Of a stretch of DNA of 64,000 bases, positions 50,501 through 60,514 are shown in pieces. The translations under genes and the position numbers were made by a program. The notes below the pieces were generated by a model. That model was not told the origin of the DNA and searched no databases. It saw only the letters and a program-made list of their open reading frames with translations. Every line of letters starts with the position of its first letter. Within the stretch, counting starts at the first letter, position 1. The stretch comes from Isurus oxyrinchus (lineage: Eukaryota). The stretch spans positions 28,086,001 through 28,150,000 of the forward strand of contig JANJGN010000029.1 of assembly GCA_026770705.1 (NCBI GenBank). Direction: 5' to 3'.

Positions 50501-53500
50501 AAATATATTTAATCAAAAGGCTTGTAACTTTTGGATTCTTCAATAATTTTAAATTCATTAACTTACAATAAAACAAAAGTGGAATTACAGTCACACTGCA
50601 GGAGAGGGTTTTATAGTGGTATTATCACTGGAATAGTAATCCCGAGGCTCAGGCTAATGGTCTGGTGATGGGGTTCAAATCTCACCACAGCAGCTGGGGG
50701 AATTTAAATTCAATTAATAAAATCTGAACTTAAAGCTACTCTCAGTAATGAATTCATCATTCAATGTTGTTAAAACCCATCTAGTTTAATTATGTCCTTT
50801 AGTAAAGGAAATCTGCCACTCTTGCCTGGTTTGGCTGACAATTTTTTTTGAAGTTCATTTTTTATGGGATGTGGGCATCGCAAGCTATGGCCAGCATTTA
50901 TTGCCCATCCCTAATTGCCCTTGAGAAAGTTGTAGTGAGCTGCCTTCTTGAACCGTTGCAGTCCCTGTCGTGTAGGTACACCCAGTGTTGTTAGGGAGGG
51001 TGTTCCAGGACTTGACCCAGCATCAATGAAGGAACAGTGATATTTTTCCAAGTCAGGATGGTTCCAGGTAGTGGCGTTCCCATGTGTCTGCTGCCCTTGT
51101 TTTCCAGGTAGCAGAGGTTGTGGGTTTGGAAAGCGATGTCTAAGGAGCCTAAGACACTATCCTGAGGAACCGTTGCAGTATTGTCCTGGGTCTGAGATGA
51201 TTGACCATCGACAACCAGTCATCTTCCTTTGTGCTAGGTATGACACCAACCAGTGGAGAGCTTTCCCCCTGATTTCCATTGTCTGTAGTTTTGCTCAGGC
51301 TCCTGATGCCACTCTCGGTCAAATGTTGCCTTGATGTCAAGGGCAGTCACTCTCACTTCATTCTTAAGTTCAGCTCTTTTATTCATTTTTGGACTAAGAC
51401 TGTAACGAGGTCAAGAGCTGACTGGCCCTGGCGGAACCCAAACTGAGCGTCAGCGAGCAGGTTATTGCTGAGCAAGTGCACCATGATAGAAATGTCAATG
51501 ACACTTTCTATCACTTTGCTGTGATTGAGAGTAGACTGAAGGGGCTGTAATTGGCCGGATTGGATTTGTCCTGCTTTTTGTGGCCAGGACATACCTGGGC
51601 AATTTTCCACATTACAGGGTAGATGCCAGTGTTGTAGCAGTACGATCAGCTTGGTTAGGGGCACATCTAGTTCTGGAGCACAAGTACTATTGCCAGAATG
51701 TTGTCAGGGCCAATAGCCTTTACAGTATCTAGTACCTTCAGCCGTTTCTTGATATCACGTGGATGAATTGAATTGGCCGAAGAAAGGCACCTGTGATGCT
51801 GGGGACCTTCAGAGGAGGCCGAGATGGATCATCCACTCGGCACTTCTGGTTGAAGATTGTTGCAAATGCTTCAGCTTTATCTTTTGTATTGATGTGCTGG
51901 GCTCCTCCATCATTGAGGATGGAGATACTTATGAAGCCTCCTATTCCAGTGAGAGTTGTTTAATTTTTCACCACCATTCATGACAGGATGTAGCAGGACT
52001 GCAGAGATTGGATCTGATCTGTTTATTCTGGAATTGCTAAGCTCTGTTATTGCATGCTTCTTGCTCTGTTTGGCATGCAAGTAGTCCAGTGTGTAGCTTC
52101 ACCAGATTGACACCCCATTTTTTGCAATGCCTGATACTGCTCCTGGCATGCTCTCCTGCACTCTTCGTTGAATGAGGATTGATCTGCTGGATGACGGTAA
52201 TGGATATGCCGGGCCATGAGGTTACAGATTGTGTTCGAGCACAATTCTGCTGCTGCTGATGGGCCATAACACCTCATAGTTGTCCAGTCTTGAGTTGCTA
52301 GATCTGTTTGAAATCTATCCCATTTAGCACGGTGGTAGTGCCACACATGGAGGGTATCCTCAATGCGAAGATGGGACTTCATTACCACATTGACTGTGTG
52401 GTCTTACTCCTCCTGATACTGTCGTGGACAGATGCATCTGTGGCAGGCAAGTTGGTGAGGATGAGGTCAAGTATGTTTTTCCCTCCCCTCTTGTTGGTTC
52501 CCTCACCACCTGCCGCAGACCCAGTCTAGCAGCTGTGTCCTTTAGGACTTGGTCAGTAGTGGCGCTACGGAGCCACTCTTGGTGATGGACATTGAAGTCC
52601 CCCAACCAGAGTACATTCTGCGCCCTTACCACCCTCAGTGCTTCCTCCAAGTGGTGCTCGACATAGAGAAGCACTGATTCATCAGCTGAGAGAGGGCGGA
52701 AAGTGGTAATCAGCAGGATTTTCCTTGCCCATGTTTGACCTGATGCCAGGAGACTTCATGGGGTCCAGATTGAAGTTGAGGACACCTAGGGCAACTCCCT
52801 CCTGACCGGATACCACTGTGATGCCACCTCCAGTAGGTTTGTCTTCTCAGTAGGACAGGACACACCCAGGGGAGTGTGATGGTGGTGGTGTCCGGGACAT
52901 AGTCTGTACGGTATCATTCCATGAGTGTGACTATGTCAAGCTGTTGCTTGACTAGTCTGTGAGACAGCTCTCCCAATTTTGGCACAAGCCCCCAATGTTA
53001 GTAAAGAGGACTTTGCAGGGTCGACAGGACTGAGTTTGCCGTTGTCGTTTCTGGTGCCTAGGCCGTGCTGGTGGTCCATCTGGCTTCATTCCTTTTAGGC
53101 TTTGTAGCATTTGATATAACTGAGAGGCTTGCTAGGCCAATTCAGAGGGCATTTAAGAGTCAACCACATTTCTGTGGGTCTGGAGTAGGCCAGACCAAGT
53201 AAGGACAGCACAGCAGACTTCCTTCTCTCAAGTTCATTAGTGATTTTATGGCAATCGACAATTAAGCCAGCTGCTATGGTGCTATTTGAACCAATGTTGC
53301 CAAAGCATCAGCCTGGGCTTCTGGATTATGAATCCAGTGACTTTACCACTACACCACCATCTCCTAATGACATTGGACTTTATTGTAACAACATTGTCCT
53401 GGATGTTGCAGCAGTAATGATGGCAAAACTATCAGTGATTTGTATCAGTCTTCCTCTGAAACTGACGGCAACTTGTGGAGTCTTTGGATGCACAGTTAAG

Positions 53501-56500
53501 CACAGAAATATAAAACCGTCAGTGATTCTATGCTTCTCCACATGGAGTACTGGTGAAGTCCCTGCATTTGGTAATCAATTAGAAATCAGTGAACCGATGA
53601 AAAGTTGGACTTTTACGCCATTAATTTTGCTGAAAAAAACCCTTAAAAGAGTTACACAAAATCACAGAATGATTACCGCACAGAAAGAGTCCATTCAGCC
53701 CATCATGCCTGTGTTGGCTCTCTGAAGGAGCAAGTGCCATTTCCCCATCTTCTTCCCTTAACCCTGCACATTCTTCCTTTTCAGATAATAATCCAATTGC
53801 CTCAAATGTCTCAATTGAATCTGCCTCCACCCCACTCTCTGGCAGGGTATTCCAGATCTTAACCACCCACTGTGTGAAAAAGATTTTCCTCATGTCCCCA
53901 CTGCTTCTTTTGCCAATTACCTTAAATCTGTGCCCTTTGGTTCTTGATCCTTCCACCAATGGGAGCAGTTTCTCCCTATCTACTCTGTCCAAACCCCTCA
54001 TGATTTTGAATACCTCTATCAAATCACCTCTCAACCTTCTCCTCCAAGAAAAACAGTCCCATCTTCTCCAGCCTAAACTGAAGTTCTTCATCCTTGGAAA
54101 CATTCTCACGAATCTGTTCTGCACACTCCTTCTAAAAGCATGGCACCAGAACTGCATGCAGCACTCCAGTTGAGGCCAAACCAGTATTTTAAATAAGTTT
54201 AACATAACCTCCTTTCTCTTGTACTCTATGCCCCTATTAAAGCCTGGGATACTATATGCTTTATTAACCAACCTCTCAATCTGTCTTGCTAACTTCAATG
54301 ATTTATGCACATATATTCCCAGATCCCTTTGCTTCTACACCCACTTTAGATTTGTACCCTTTATTTTATATTGTCTCTGCATTCTTTCTAGCAAAACTTC
54401 ACATTTCTCTGCATTAAATTTCATCTGCCAATTGTCTGCCCATTTTTAAAAAATCATTTTACAGGATGTGGGCATCGCTGGCTGAGCCAGCACTTATTGC
54501 CCATCCTTATTTGCCCTTGAGAAGGTGGTGGTGAGCTGTCTTCTTGAACCGTTGCAGTCCATGTGGTGTAGGTACACCCACAGTGCTGTTAGGGAGGGAG
54601 TTCCAGGAATTTAACCCAATGACAGTGAAGGAATGGCGATATATTTCCAAGTCAAGATGGTGAGTGACTTGGGGAGGAACTTCTAGGTGGTGGTGTTCCT
54701 ATCTATCTGCTGCCCTTGTCCTTCTAGGTGGTAGCAGTCATGGGTTTGGGAGGTGCTGTCTAAGGATCCTTGGTGAGTTTCTGTAGCAAATCTTGTAGAT
54801 GGTACACACTGCTGCTACTGTGCGTCAGTGGTGGAATGAGTTGTGGAAGGGTTGCCAATCAAGCAGGCTGCTTTGTCCTGGATGATATTGATCTTCTTGA
54901 GTGTTGTTGGAGCTGCACTCATCCAGGCAAGTGGAGAGTATTCTATCACAGTCCTGACTTGTGCCTTGTAGGTGGTGGACAGGCTTTGGGGAGTCAGGAG
55001 GTGAGTTACTCGTCACAGGATTCCTAGCCTCTGACCTGTTCTTTGTAGCCACAGTATTTATATGGCTTGTCCAGTTCAGTTTCTGGTCATGTTAACTCCC
55101 AGGATGTTGATAGTGGGGGATTCAGCGATGGTAATGCCATTGAATGTCAAGGGATGATGGTTAGATTCTCTCTTGTCCGAGATAGTCATTGCCTGGCACT
55201 TTACAGGTGAAATGTCATATTTCTCCATGATAAAAAATCAATCAATTTTTTAAAATTATTTTTTGAAGTTATCATTTCAGCTTTTACCTTAATCCCATGC
55301 GTTTGTCCCAATCATTAAATTAAAAATTTAGAGAGCAAAATAAAAGTGAAAATTGTTTTGTTTAACTTTCGGGTTTGCTGTGAGAATATTTCAACGAGAT
55401 TAGCTGCATACCCGACTTCATGACATCACTGTTGCTGGATCCTTGGAAATTCCCCTGGCTTGGTACCAGATTCAAGCTGACATTTAGAAAGGGTAAATTC
55501 ACAGTCACGGAGCTGGTTTTATTTTTGTAGACAGCTTGCTTCGAACTCAGTGGCGAATGTTGTCACAGTTTGCCGCTAACCGCAAAATCCAGGCAAAGAC
55601 ATAGAACCCTCTCATTGCTGCTAGAATTCAAGGAATCGCCCAAAATGGTTTCCACTGGAGTGCTAAATACTGAAGGAACAGTTATGTGTATAAAGACGAG
55701 GCATCCTTGTTCATATACCCACAATAACTCCCACGCTTACGAACCAGGTACCTGGCAACCTCCAGCTTGCTTTTATTGGAGAGCGACTTTAAGCCCCCAA
55801 ATCGGATACCCTCTGTTGGGTGGACCTCTTGCAGCAAAGGTGCCAGTCCCAAGCCCGTACAAAGGGCTGTAAAATCAGTTCCCTATCACAGCTTCTCCTT
55901 TTACTGCAGCCATGTTGCACGTTGGGTTTTATGCGCCCCAACTATGTCATGAGACAAGACAACATAGGCTTTTGGTGAAATTAGGGATGGATCTTCGCTG
56001 CAAAAAGCCTGGGGTAATCGTGTACATGGGGGTGCAGAGTTAAATGTGATATCTCTATACTGCTCGTTTACTAGCACTATAACACTAATCGTCAATGGTG
56101 CAAATGCCACTTCCAAAAGGCGTCTCTGCTTCAGTGTTAATAGCTCTCGTTGAAATAATGTGAACAGAATGGGGAGGTCATTGCGACCAACTAAAGTTCT
56201 CACTCCCCGGAGCCGCTGCTTCCTTTGCTCGGGTTAAATGATAAGAGACTGTCCGCCTCTGGGAAATAACATATAACCTATCTTATATTCATCATTACAA
56301 AACACAATAAACATTGGAGGGAACGGTTAGTTAATGCGAGACACGTTTATCACAAGACAACATAGGCGTGCATAGGAACAACATTTCGAGATAAAACTCA
56401 AGCCTGAACTTCAATAAATCATTCCCTTCACTTCTTTCAGAACATAGCAGAAACACACCCGGTGTTAATGAATAACTAATTAAATGGTAGGAAAGTCAAG

Positions 56501-56665
56501 TAATTACAAAGCCAAAACACGAAACAAACTGACAATCTAACCTTCCGGACAGAGGAGATATTATTTACTGAGTAAGTTCGTGTATCTTAAAATAGTTTTT
56601 TTAAACTTACTTGCCAAGGTGAAGAAGTAAATATAACCATCAAGCGAAGTGATCCTGAAACCCAT
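23301..56665 (-). CDS. ICAM-family Ig-superfamily adhesion molecule, 8 coding exons, 661 aa (signal peptide, 6 Ig domains, TM, cytoplasmic tail)
   Basis: Exons 56611-56665, 45879-46148, 44304-44618, 42271-42564, 40271-40558, 27551-27796, 26912-27193 and 23301-23536 join in frame (1986 nt). All introns are GT-AG and phase 1. D1 has the ICAM-type CSTTC/CFVRC double disulfide and a Glu (VEYK) at the IET position. D2-D5 are collinear with ICAM-1 motifs (VYP..L..LRG, CxAExDL, LHVLYAP, CQxxGNPxP). The orthologue cannot be assigned by eye. Confidence 0.88.
24090..26420. mobile_element. Nested LINE fragments (CR1 plus, Crack/L2-like minus, CR1 3' end minus)
   Basis: RT C-terminal motifs on both strands, matching other copies in the window. 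Confidence 0.8.
26912..27193 (-). CDS. ICAM-like exon 7 (Ig D6, I-set)
   Basis: Acceptor ttctcttttccag|AT, donor AAAG|gtcagt, 282 nt; YKP...ITCNSSGKPTPTVKW...GIYKCRATNQYG. Confidence 0.92.
27551..27796 (-). CDS. ICAM-like exon 6 (Ig D5)
   Basis: Acceptor gaattttacag|AT, donor TTGT|gtgagt, 246 nt; YAP...LTCQGEGNPTPQVFW...GLYKC. Confidence 0.92.
28372..28633 (-). repeat. 3' LTR of the Gypsy element
   Basis: Direct repeat of 32326-32581; polypurine tract adjacent. Confidence 0.9.
30080..30273 (-). mobile_element. CR1/HER1-type 3' tail fragment nested in the Gypsy
   Basis: (CATAGAAC)n tail and GGCCATTCAGCCC stem-loop typical of the CR1 tails in this window. Confidence 0.75.
32326..32581 (-). 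repeat. 5' LTR of the Gypsy element
   Basis: Direct repeat of 28372-28633; PBS-like TGG 3 nt downstream. Confidence 0.9.
32600..36320 (+). mobile_element. Decayed Harbinger DNA transposon with a nested LINE
   Basis: TIRs GGGCTGAAT/ATTCAGCCC, flanks TCT/TCA; HARBI1-type transposase remnants (KG.H.IN.QLVCD, GDKGYPL) at 34877-35480. Confidence 0.75.
33390..34865 (-). mobile_element. Crack/L2-like LINE 3' fragment
   Basis: GVPQGSVLGPTIFSCFINDLP, LGVTIDQKLNW; tail shared with 50860, 54460 and 60520. Confidence 0.85.
36950..39095 (+). mobile_element. Highly decayed CR1 LINE with a MITE-like insert (~37180-37550)
   Basis: ETWL, GDFN, TRGHRFKV and WNA motifs. Confidence 0.7.
39665..40157 (-). mobile_element. 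CR1 LINE 3' fragment
   Basis: GLSYEKRLDRLG...FFSQRVVSLW plus tail. Confidence 0.85.
40271..40558 (-). CDS. ICAM-like exon 5 (Ig D4)
   Basis: Acceptor atatttttacag|CT, donor CTGT|gtaagt, 288 nt; FSAPEI...NITCSV...DGQQYVCEAE...LHVL. Confidence 0.9.
40705..41880 (-). mobile_element. CR1 LINE internal fragment (endonuclease to RT start)
   Basis: EKLNKYF, VPADWKVA, GNYR. Confidence 0.8.
42271..42564 (-). CDS. ICAM-like exon 4 (Ig D3)
   Basis: Acceptor gtctgtattgcag|CT, donor TACG|gtaagg, 294 nt; LTCEVTNVYP...W...VTCTADF. Confidence 0.92.
44304..44618 (-). CDS. ICAM-like exon 3 (Ig D2)
   Basis: Acceptor ctcttttaacag|AT, donor TACT|gtaagt, 315 nt; LECTGPRVYP...WLRG...DDGQEYTCLAEVDL. Confidence 0.92.
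45006..45033. repeat. (AG)n microsatellite
   Basis: Direct read. Confidence 0.9.
45659..45697 (-). ncRNA. Hammerhead motif, left arm (sense in the ICAM-like pre-mRNA)
   Basis: Identical 39-nt motif. Confidence 0.65.
45747..45785 (+). ncRNA. Hammerhead motif, right arm
   Basis: Identical 39-nt motif. Confidence 0.65.
45879..46148 (-). CDS. ICAM-like exon 2 (Ig D1, integrin-binding domain)
   Basis: Acceptor ttgttttcttggcag|CA, donor TACA|gtaagt, 270 nt; FEIW...CSTTC...VEYK...CFVRC...VTVY. Confidence 0.92.
46540..50201. mobile_element. Decayed Harbinger: transposase remnant (+) and intron-containing Myb/SANT-like gene (-)
   Basis: NRKDFHSLNVQLV...CARFP at 46560-46870; CQKRMNDL followed by a splice donor near 49140; right TIR AAATTTAGCCC; ~160-bp tandem duplication at 47010-47260. 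Confidence 0.72.
50601..50836 (+). mobile_element. tRNA-derived SINE/LINE 5' head fragment
   Basis: A-box-like TAGTGG, B-box GGTTCAAATC; homologous to the minus-strand sequence at 53364->53190. Confidence 0.65.
50855..53364 (-). mobile_element. Crack/L2-like LINE, decayed, with a tRNA-like 5' head
   Basis: Endonuclease start (NI.GL..K..EL), GDFNVHH, QFGFR, 3' tail; head with A and B boxes at 53364-53281. Confidence 0.8.
53660..55200 (-). mobile_element. Adjacent CR1 3' fragment (53660-54450) and Crack/L2-like 3' fragment (54455-55200)
   Basis: RT C-terminal motifs and family tails. Confidence 0.82.
55445..55454 (-). promoter_or_regulatory. Consensus NF-kappaB site in intron 1
   Basis: Minus strand GGGAATTTCC matches GGGRNWYYCC; motif only. 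Confidence 0.3.
56611..56665 (-). CDS. ICAM-like exon 1 (signal peptide MGFRITSLDGYIYFFTLA)
   Basis: ATG at 56665, 18 codons plus 1 nt, donor A|GTAAGT. Joins exon 2 to give ...FFTLATSLAG|FEIW. Lies just downstream of the GAS/kappaB cluster. Confidence 0.75.
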
Positions 56666-56767
56666 GACTCTGGGTTTGGGATTCGGCACAATGTTGAGGT
56701 TAAGGTTTGGAATCTGTCTTCGATGTGAACAACTGGGCTCGATGTTAATGAGCGTGACCTGTGTCCA

Positions 56768-56822
56768 TTCCCGGAAATCATTGAGTAACCGAGTGCAGAA
56801 AATTCCAGGACTGAAAATTCCA
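56768..56822 (-). promoter_or_regulatory. Candidate cytokine-inducible proximal promoter: GAS/STAT palindrome plus two kappaB-like sites
   Basis: TTCCCGGAA at 56768-56776; identical 10-mers (minus strand TGGAATTTTC) at 56798-56807 and 56813-56822; 100-160 bp upstream of the ATG. Confidence 0.6.
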
Positions 56823-57002
56823 ACTTCTTGCTTTAACATGTGATACATTGCCAAGGCAAACGTCGGAGATTGCAATGTTTTCAGTGAACGATTCACATGC
56901 AGACAGCACCGCACAGATGGTAAAATAATGAAAACAAATATATTCAGAAATAAAACCTTGATGTCCCTCTGCATATGTGTTAGATGGAGTAGAAAATAAA
57001 GG

Positions 57003-57103
57003 ACAAAACAAAAACAAAAATACCTGGAAAAACTCAGCAGGTCTGGCAGCATCTGCGGAGAGAAACACAGTTAACGTTTCGAGTCCTCATGACCCATTTA
57101 TGT
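57003..57103 (-). mobile_element. Short Penelope tail insertion (related subfamily, hammerhead truncated)
   Basis: 13-bp TSD TAGAAAATAAAGG (56990-57002 and 57104-57116); GGGTCATGAGGACTCGAAACGTTAACT...; 8-nt filler. Confidence 0.85.
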
Positions 57104-57234
57104 TAGAAAATAAAGGTTCGGGTTGTACTCATACACATAGCGGACTCAACTCCCAGGAAGAAATGGCCGCGGTTACTCCGCTTGCTCCGCGTAACTCATC
57201 ATGATAAGCTCCTCACTCTGTTTACTTTTTGCAG

Positions 57235-57810
57235 ATACCTCCTCACCCCCAGTTACTCTTTGCAGTTACCTCCTCATGGTTATTCATTGCAGTTACCTCC
57301 ATCATTCCCAGTTACTCTTTGCAGTTACCTCCTCATTCTTGGTTATTCATTGCAGTTACCTCCATCACCCCCAGTTATTCATTACTGCTACCTCCTCATT
57401 CCCAGTTACTCATTGTGGTGACCATTCGGCACCATTCATAACTCCTCATACTGAAGCAGTCCATGTCCAAATGCAGCAAGACCTGGACAATATCCAGGCT
57501 TGGGCTGACAAGTGGCAAATGACATTTGCACCACACAAGTGCCAGGCAATGATCATCTCCAACAAGTGAGAATCTAACCATCGCCCCTTGACGTTCAATG
57601 GCATTACCGTCAAAGAATCCCCCACTATCCTTATTCCTGGTTACTCATTGCGGTCCCCCTCAGTCCCAGTTACTCTTTGTTGTTAACTCCCCACACCTGG
57701 TTACTCGTTGCAGTTACCTCCTCACTCCTAGTTACTCGCTCTGGTTACCTCCATCACATCTGATTTCTCATTGCAGTTACTTCCTCACACCTAGTTATTC
57801 ATTACAGTTA
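57235..57810. repeat. Minisatellite (~29-30 bp unit, CAGTTACTCTTTGCAGTTACCTCCTCA-like) interrupted by a LINE fragment (~57415-57630)
   Basis: Repeated GTTAYTCWTTGCAGTTACCTCC units; DLDNIQAWADKWQ fragment in the middle. Confidence 0.8.
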
Positions 57811-57959
57811 CTTTGTCATTTCCCATTACTTGTTGCTTGTATCTCAGTTCCTGTTTCAATGTTAGCCGTGGTAAGGCAGACATCCATTCAAAAAAGTTAA
57901 TCTAGCCATTGCGGTTATTAAAACCCAAGTTCAACAGTAACAGTAAATGTGATCCAAGA

Positions 57960-58680
57960 CTGAAACTAAGGTCATGGTTTACTGAGAAGTATTGTCTTTT
58001 AGACCTTGAAAACCAATAACAGGCACTTCAAAGCACTGGAGAAGTACCAGCAGTGCCTTCACAAGATCCTCCAAGTCTGGTAACAAAGAGAGTCCAACAG
58101 CAGCATCCTCTTCCAAGCCAACTTTCCCAGCATCAAGGTATTAATCATTCAAAGCCAGTTCTGCTCAGCTGGACACCAGACTCCTGAAGCAACTCGGAAA
58201 TTAGACACAGCAGGAGACTCCCAGGAGAATTACAGAAATGTTTCAGGGATGTCCTCGAAAGACCCCCGAAGAGGTTAAGCATATTCATCAACACATGTGG
58301 CCAACTAAAATAGAGGAAGCTTATTTGGGAAGGCATTGAACACATGGAGAGACTTCATCAGGAACATGCAGAGACAAAGTCAAGGCATTGGAGGGAGTGT
58401 GCACATCTTGAAATAACCTATCTACCCAATCCTTGAAGCATGTCAATCAAGTTCTGTCGAAGGGTCATGAGGACTCGAAACGTCAAATCTTTTCTTTTCC
58501 GCCGATGCTGCCAGACCTGCTGAGTTTTTCCAGGTAATTCCGTTTTTGCCTTGAAGCACCTCCTGGCCCACATATGACAGAGTCTGCAGATCGCACATTG
58601 GTCTTAGCAGCCATTTCAGAACCCATTGAACTGGAGTGCAAGCAAATCACCCTCAATCCTGAGAGACTGCCTAAGAAGAG
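57960..58680 (+). mobile_element. RTE LINE 3' remnant
   Basis: Homologous to the reverse complement of 21245-21900. Confidence 0.7.
58441..58548 (+). mobile_element. Short Penelope hammerhead plus tail insertion
   Basis: 10-bp TSD CCTTGAAGCA (58431-58440 and 58549-58558); hammerhead 58450-58488; inside an RTE remnant. Confidence 0.88.
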
Positions 58681-58779
58681 GGAGAGGACTGTAGTTACAT
58701 TGTCAATAACCTTGGAGGGAGCAGTTGATTTGAAAGCAGCATAGGCAGCTCTGAAAATCAGGAAGACTTGCAAAACAAT

Positions 58780-59360
58780 ATGTGTCAGCCTTCACTGTGG
58801 AGGATGAATATAAAGCAGCAGTGATACAATAAAAAAACCAGTATATCAGGATGAGGAACTCACTGGGATTAATATAAGTTAAAAAAAATTGTAATGGGGA
58901 AAATCATGAGAATAAAGATAGGTAAATCTCCAACCAATGGTTTCCACCCTAGGGTATTAAAAGAAGTAAGTGAGGAAATTGTAAATGCTCTAGTTATGAC
59001 CCTCCATAACTCTCAATCAAGGTCTATCCCTGGATTGGAAAATTGCTGATAACACTCTATGTAAGAATGACAGGGAAGATAAACTAGTATAGGTTGTGGT
59101 TGTGGGTCTTTGCTAAAATCTGTTATTAGGGACAAAACAGCTGAGCATTTGGGCAAATAGGAGTTGATCGGAGACAGCCAGCATTGGCTTGGAAAGATTA
59201 AGTCATGTCTAATGAATCTAGTTCGATTTCTTGAGGTGATAACTAATGTGGTAGATAAAGGCCTGTTTAAGCAGGTTATTTTTGTGCACTTCCAGAAAGC
59301 ATTCAATAAGGTTCCACATAAGCGATTGTTATCAAAAATGAGAGTGCATGGAATTGGTTC
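58780..59360 (+). mobile_element. CR1 RT fragment
   Basis: KSCLMNL..F.EVI, FQKAFNKVPH. Confidence 0.75.
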
Positions 59361-59644
59361 TGTGATGCTTACCTCACAAATATTTCTATGTGAGGAAATG
59401 CAGCAGGAAGCTGCAGTAAAGAGCTATTGATATTAATGATAGTAGTTAATGGAGTAATGTGGCTTCGAGAGGTCCCTTCTCACTTTTGAATAGATTCATT
59501 AGGACATTTATAAGTAACTAAACAAGTGGAGATCTCAACCATGAGAATAGCACATCAGTAATGCACCACTTCTTTAATCCTACATTGGAGTGTCCTGGAT
59601 TATATGCTCAAATTCTGGATTGACACTTGAGCCCAAAACCTTCT

Positions 59645-60329
59645 GGGCAGAATTTTGCCCTTGGTGGGTGGGTGGGCCCCACTGGTTCAGCGGTGGCGGA
59701 CAGCTGACCCCCGCTGCCAAAACAGGGCCCGCCACCATTTTGAGTGGGTGGGCCAATTAAGGCCCAACCAGCGGCCTGCCCGACAGGAAGTGCTATGTGC
59801 TTCCTGTGTGTGGGGGGAATTCCCAGCTGTCAAAGTGCATGTGAAAGAGCGCACTGCTCCCTGAGACAAAGTGGTGTCTCAGGGAGATTAGTGACAGTCT
59901 AAAAAACTTAAAAAATAGAAAAATAAAAATATCATTAGCATGTTCCCCTCATGTGACAATGTCACACGAGATGGGACATGTTAATAAATATAACATTACA
60001 TTTATTAAAGTTTTTAAAAAGCAACATAAAACCTCATCCCGCCAGTATGAAGGTTCATGAATAATCTGGAGCCCGCTGGGCCTCCTGGCCTGCCCACCAG
60101 CCTTAAGCTTGGACGGGCAGGTCCTTTAATTACTTTAAGTACCCTGTCAATAGTCTCAATTGGCCATTGACAGGTCAGCGGGTGGACAGCTGATTTCGCT
60201 GTCCGCCCACCTTCCTGAAAATTTAAAGGGACCGGGATGATGTCGGGGTTCCTCCCGATGTCATCCCGCGTCATTTTCCTGTTGGCGAGTGGGCCCCGCC
60301 CCCAAATCGCTGACAGGAAAATTCTGGCC
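59645..60329. mobile_element. Harbinger-type MITE
   Basis: TIRs GGGCAGAATTTT/AAAATTCTGGCC, 3-bp TSD TCT; inserted in a Deu-SINE head. Confidence 0.8.
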
Positions 60330-60514
60330 TCTAACTCTGAAATGAAAGCAAAGCTGAAAGTCATAAGGAATTACTGAAGAAATGGACTTCTCTATCTTAT
60401 CAAGATAATCACAAAGCACCATTTCAACATGCGTCAAAACAATAGAACAAAGGTAAATAGGATAGATATCTGGTATGATCAAATATTGGATTAGTCGTGC
60501 AGACAGGATTTTTC

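Noticed and set aside
23301-56665. Calling the gene VCAM1 or a specific ICAM number
   Set aside because: D1 lacks IDSP and the CSTTGC spacing, and the domain count matches no human ICAM; a phylogeny is needed.
56561-57052. 163-aa ORF extending exon 1 upstream
   Set aside because: It starts inside a Penelope insert and runs through promoter motifs; only the last segment fits a signal peptide with a phase-1 donor.
57235-57810. CRISPR-like array
   Set aside because: Degenerate tandem units without unique spacers, in a vertebrate genome.
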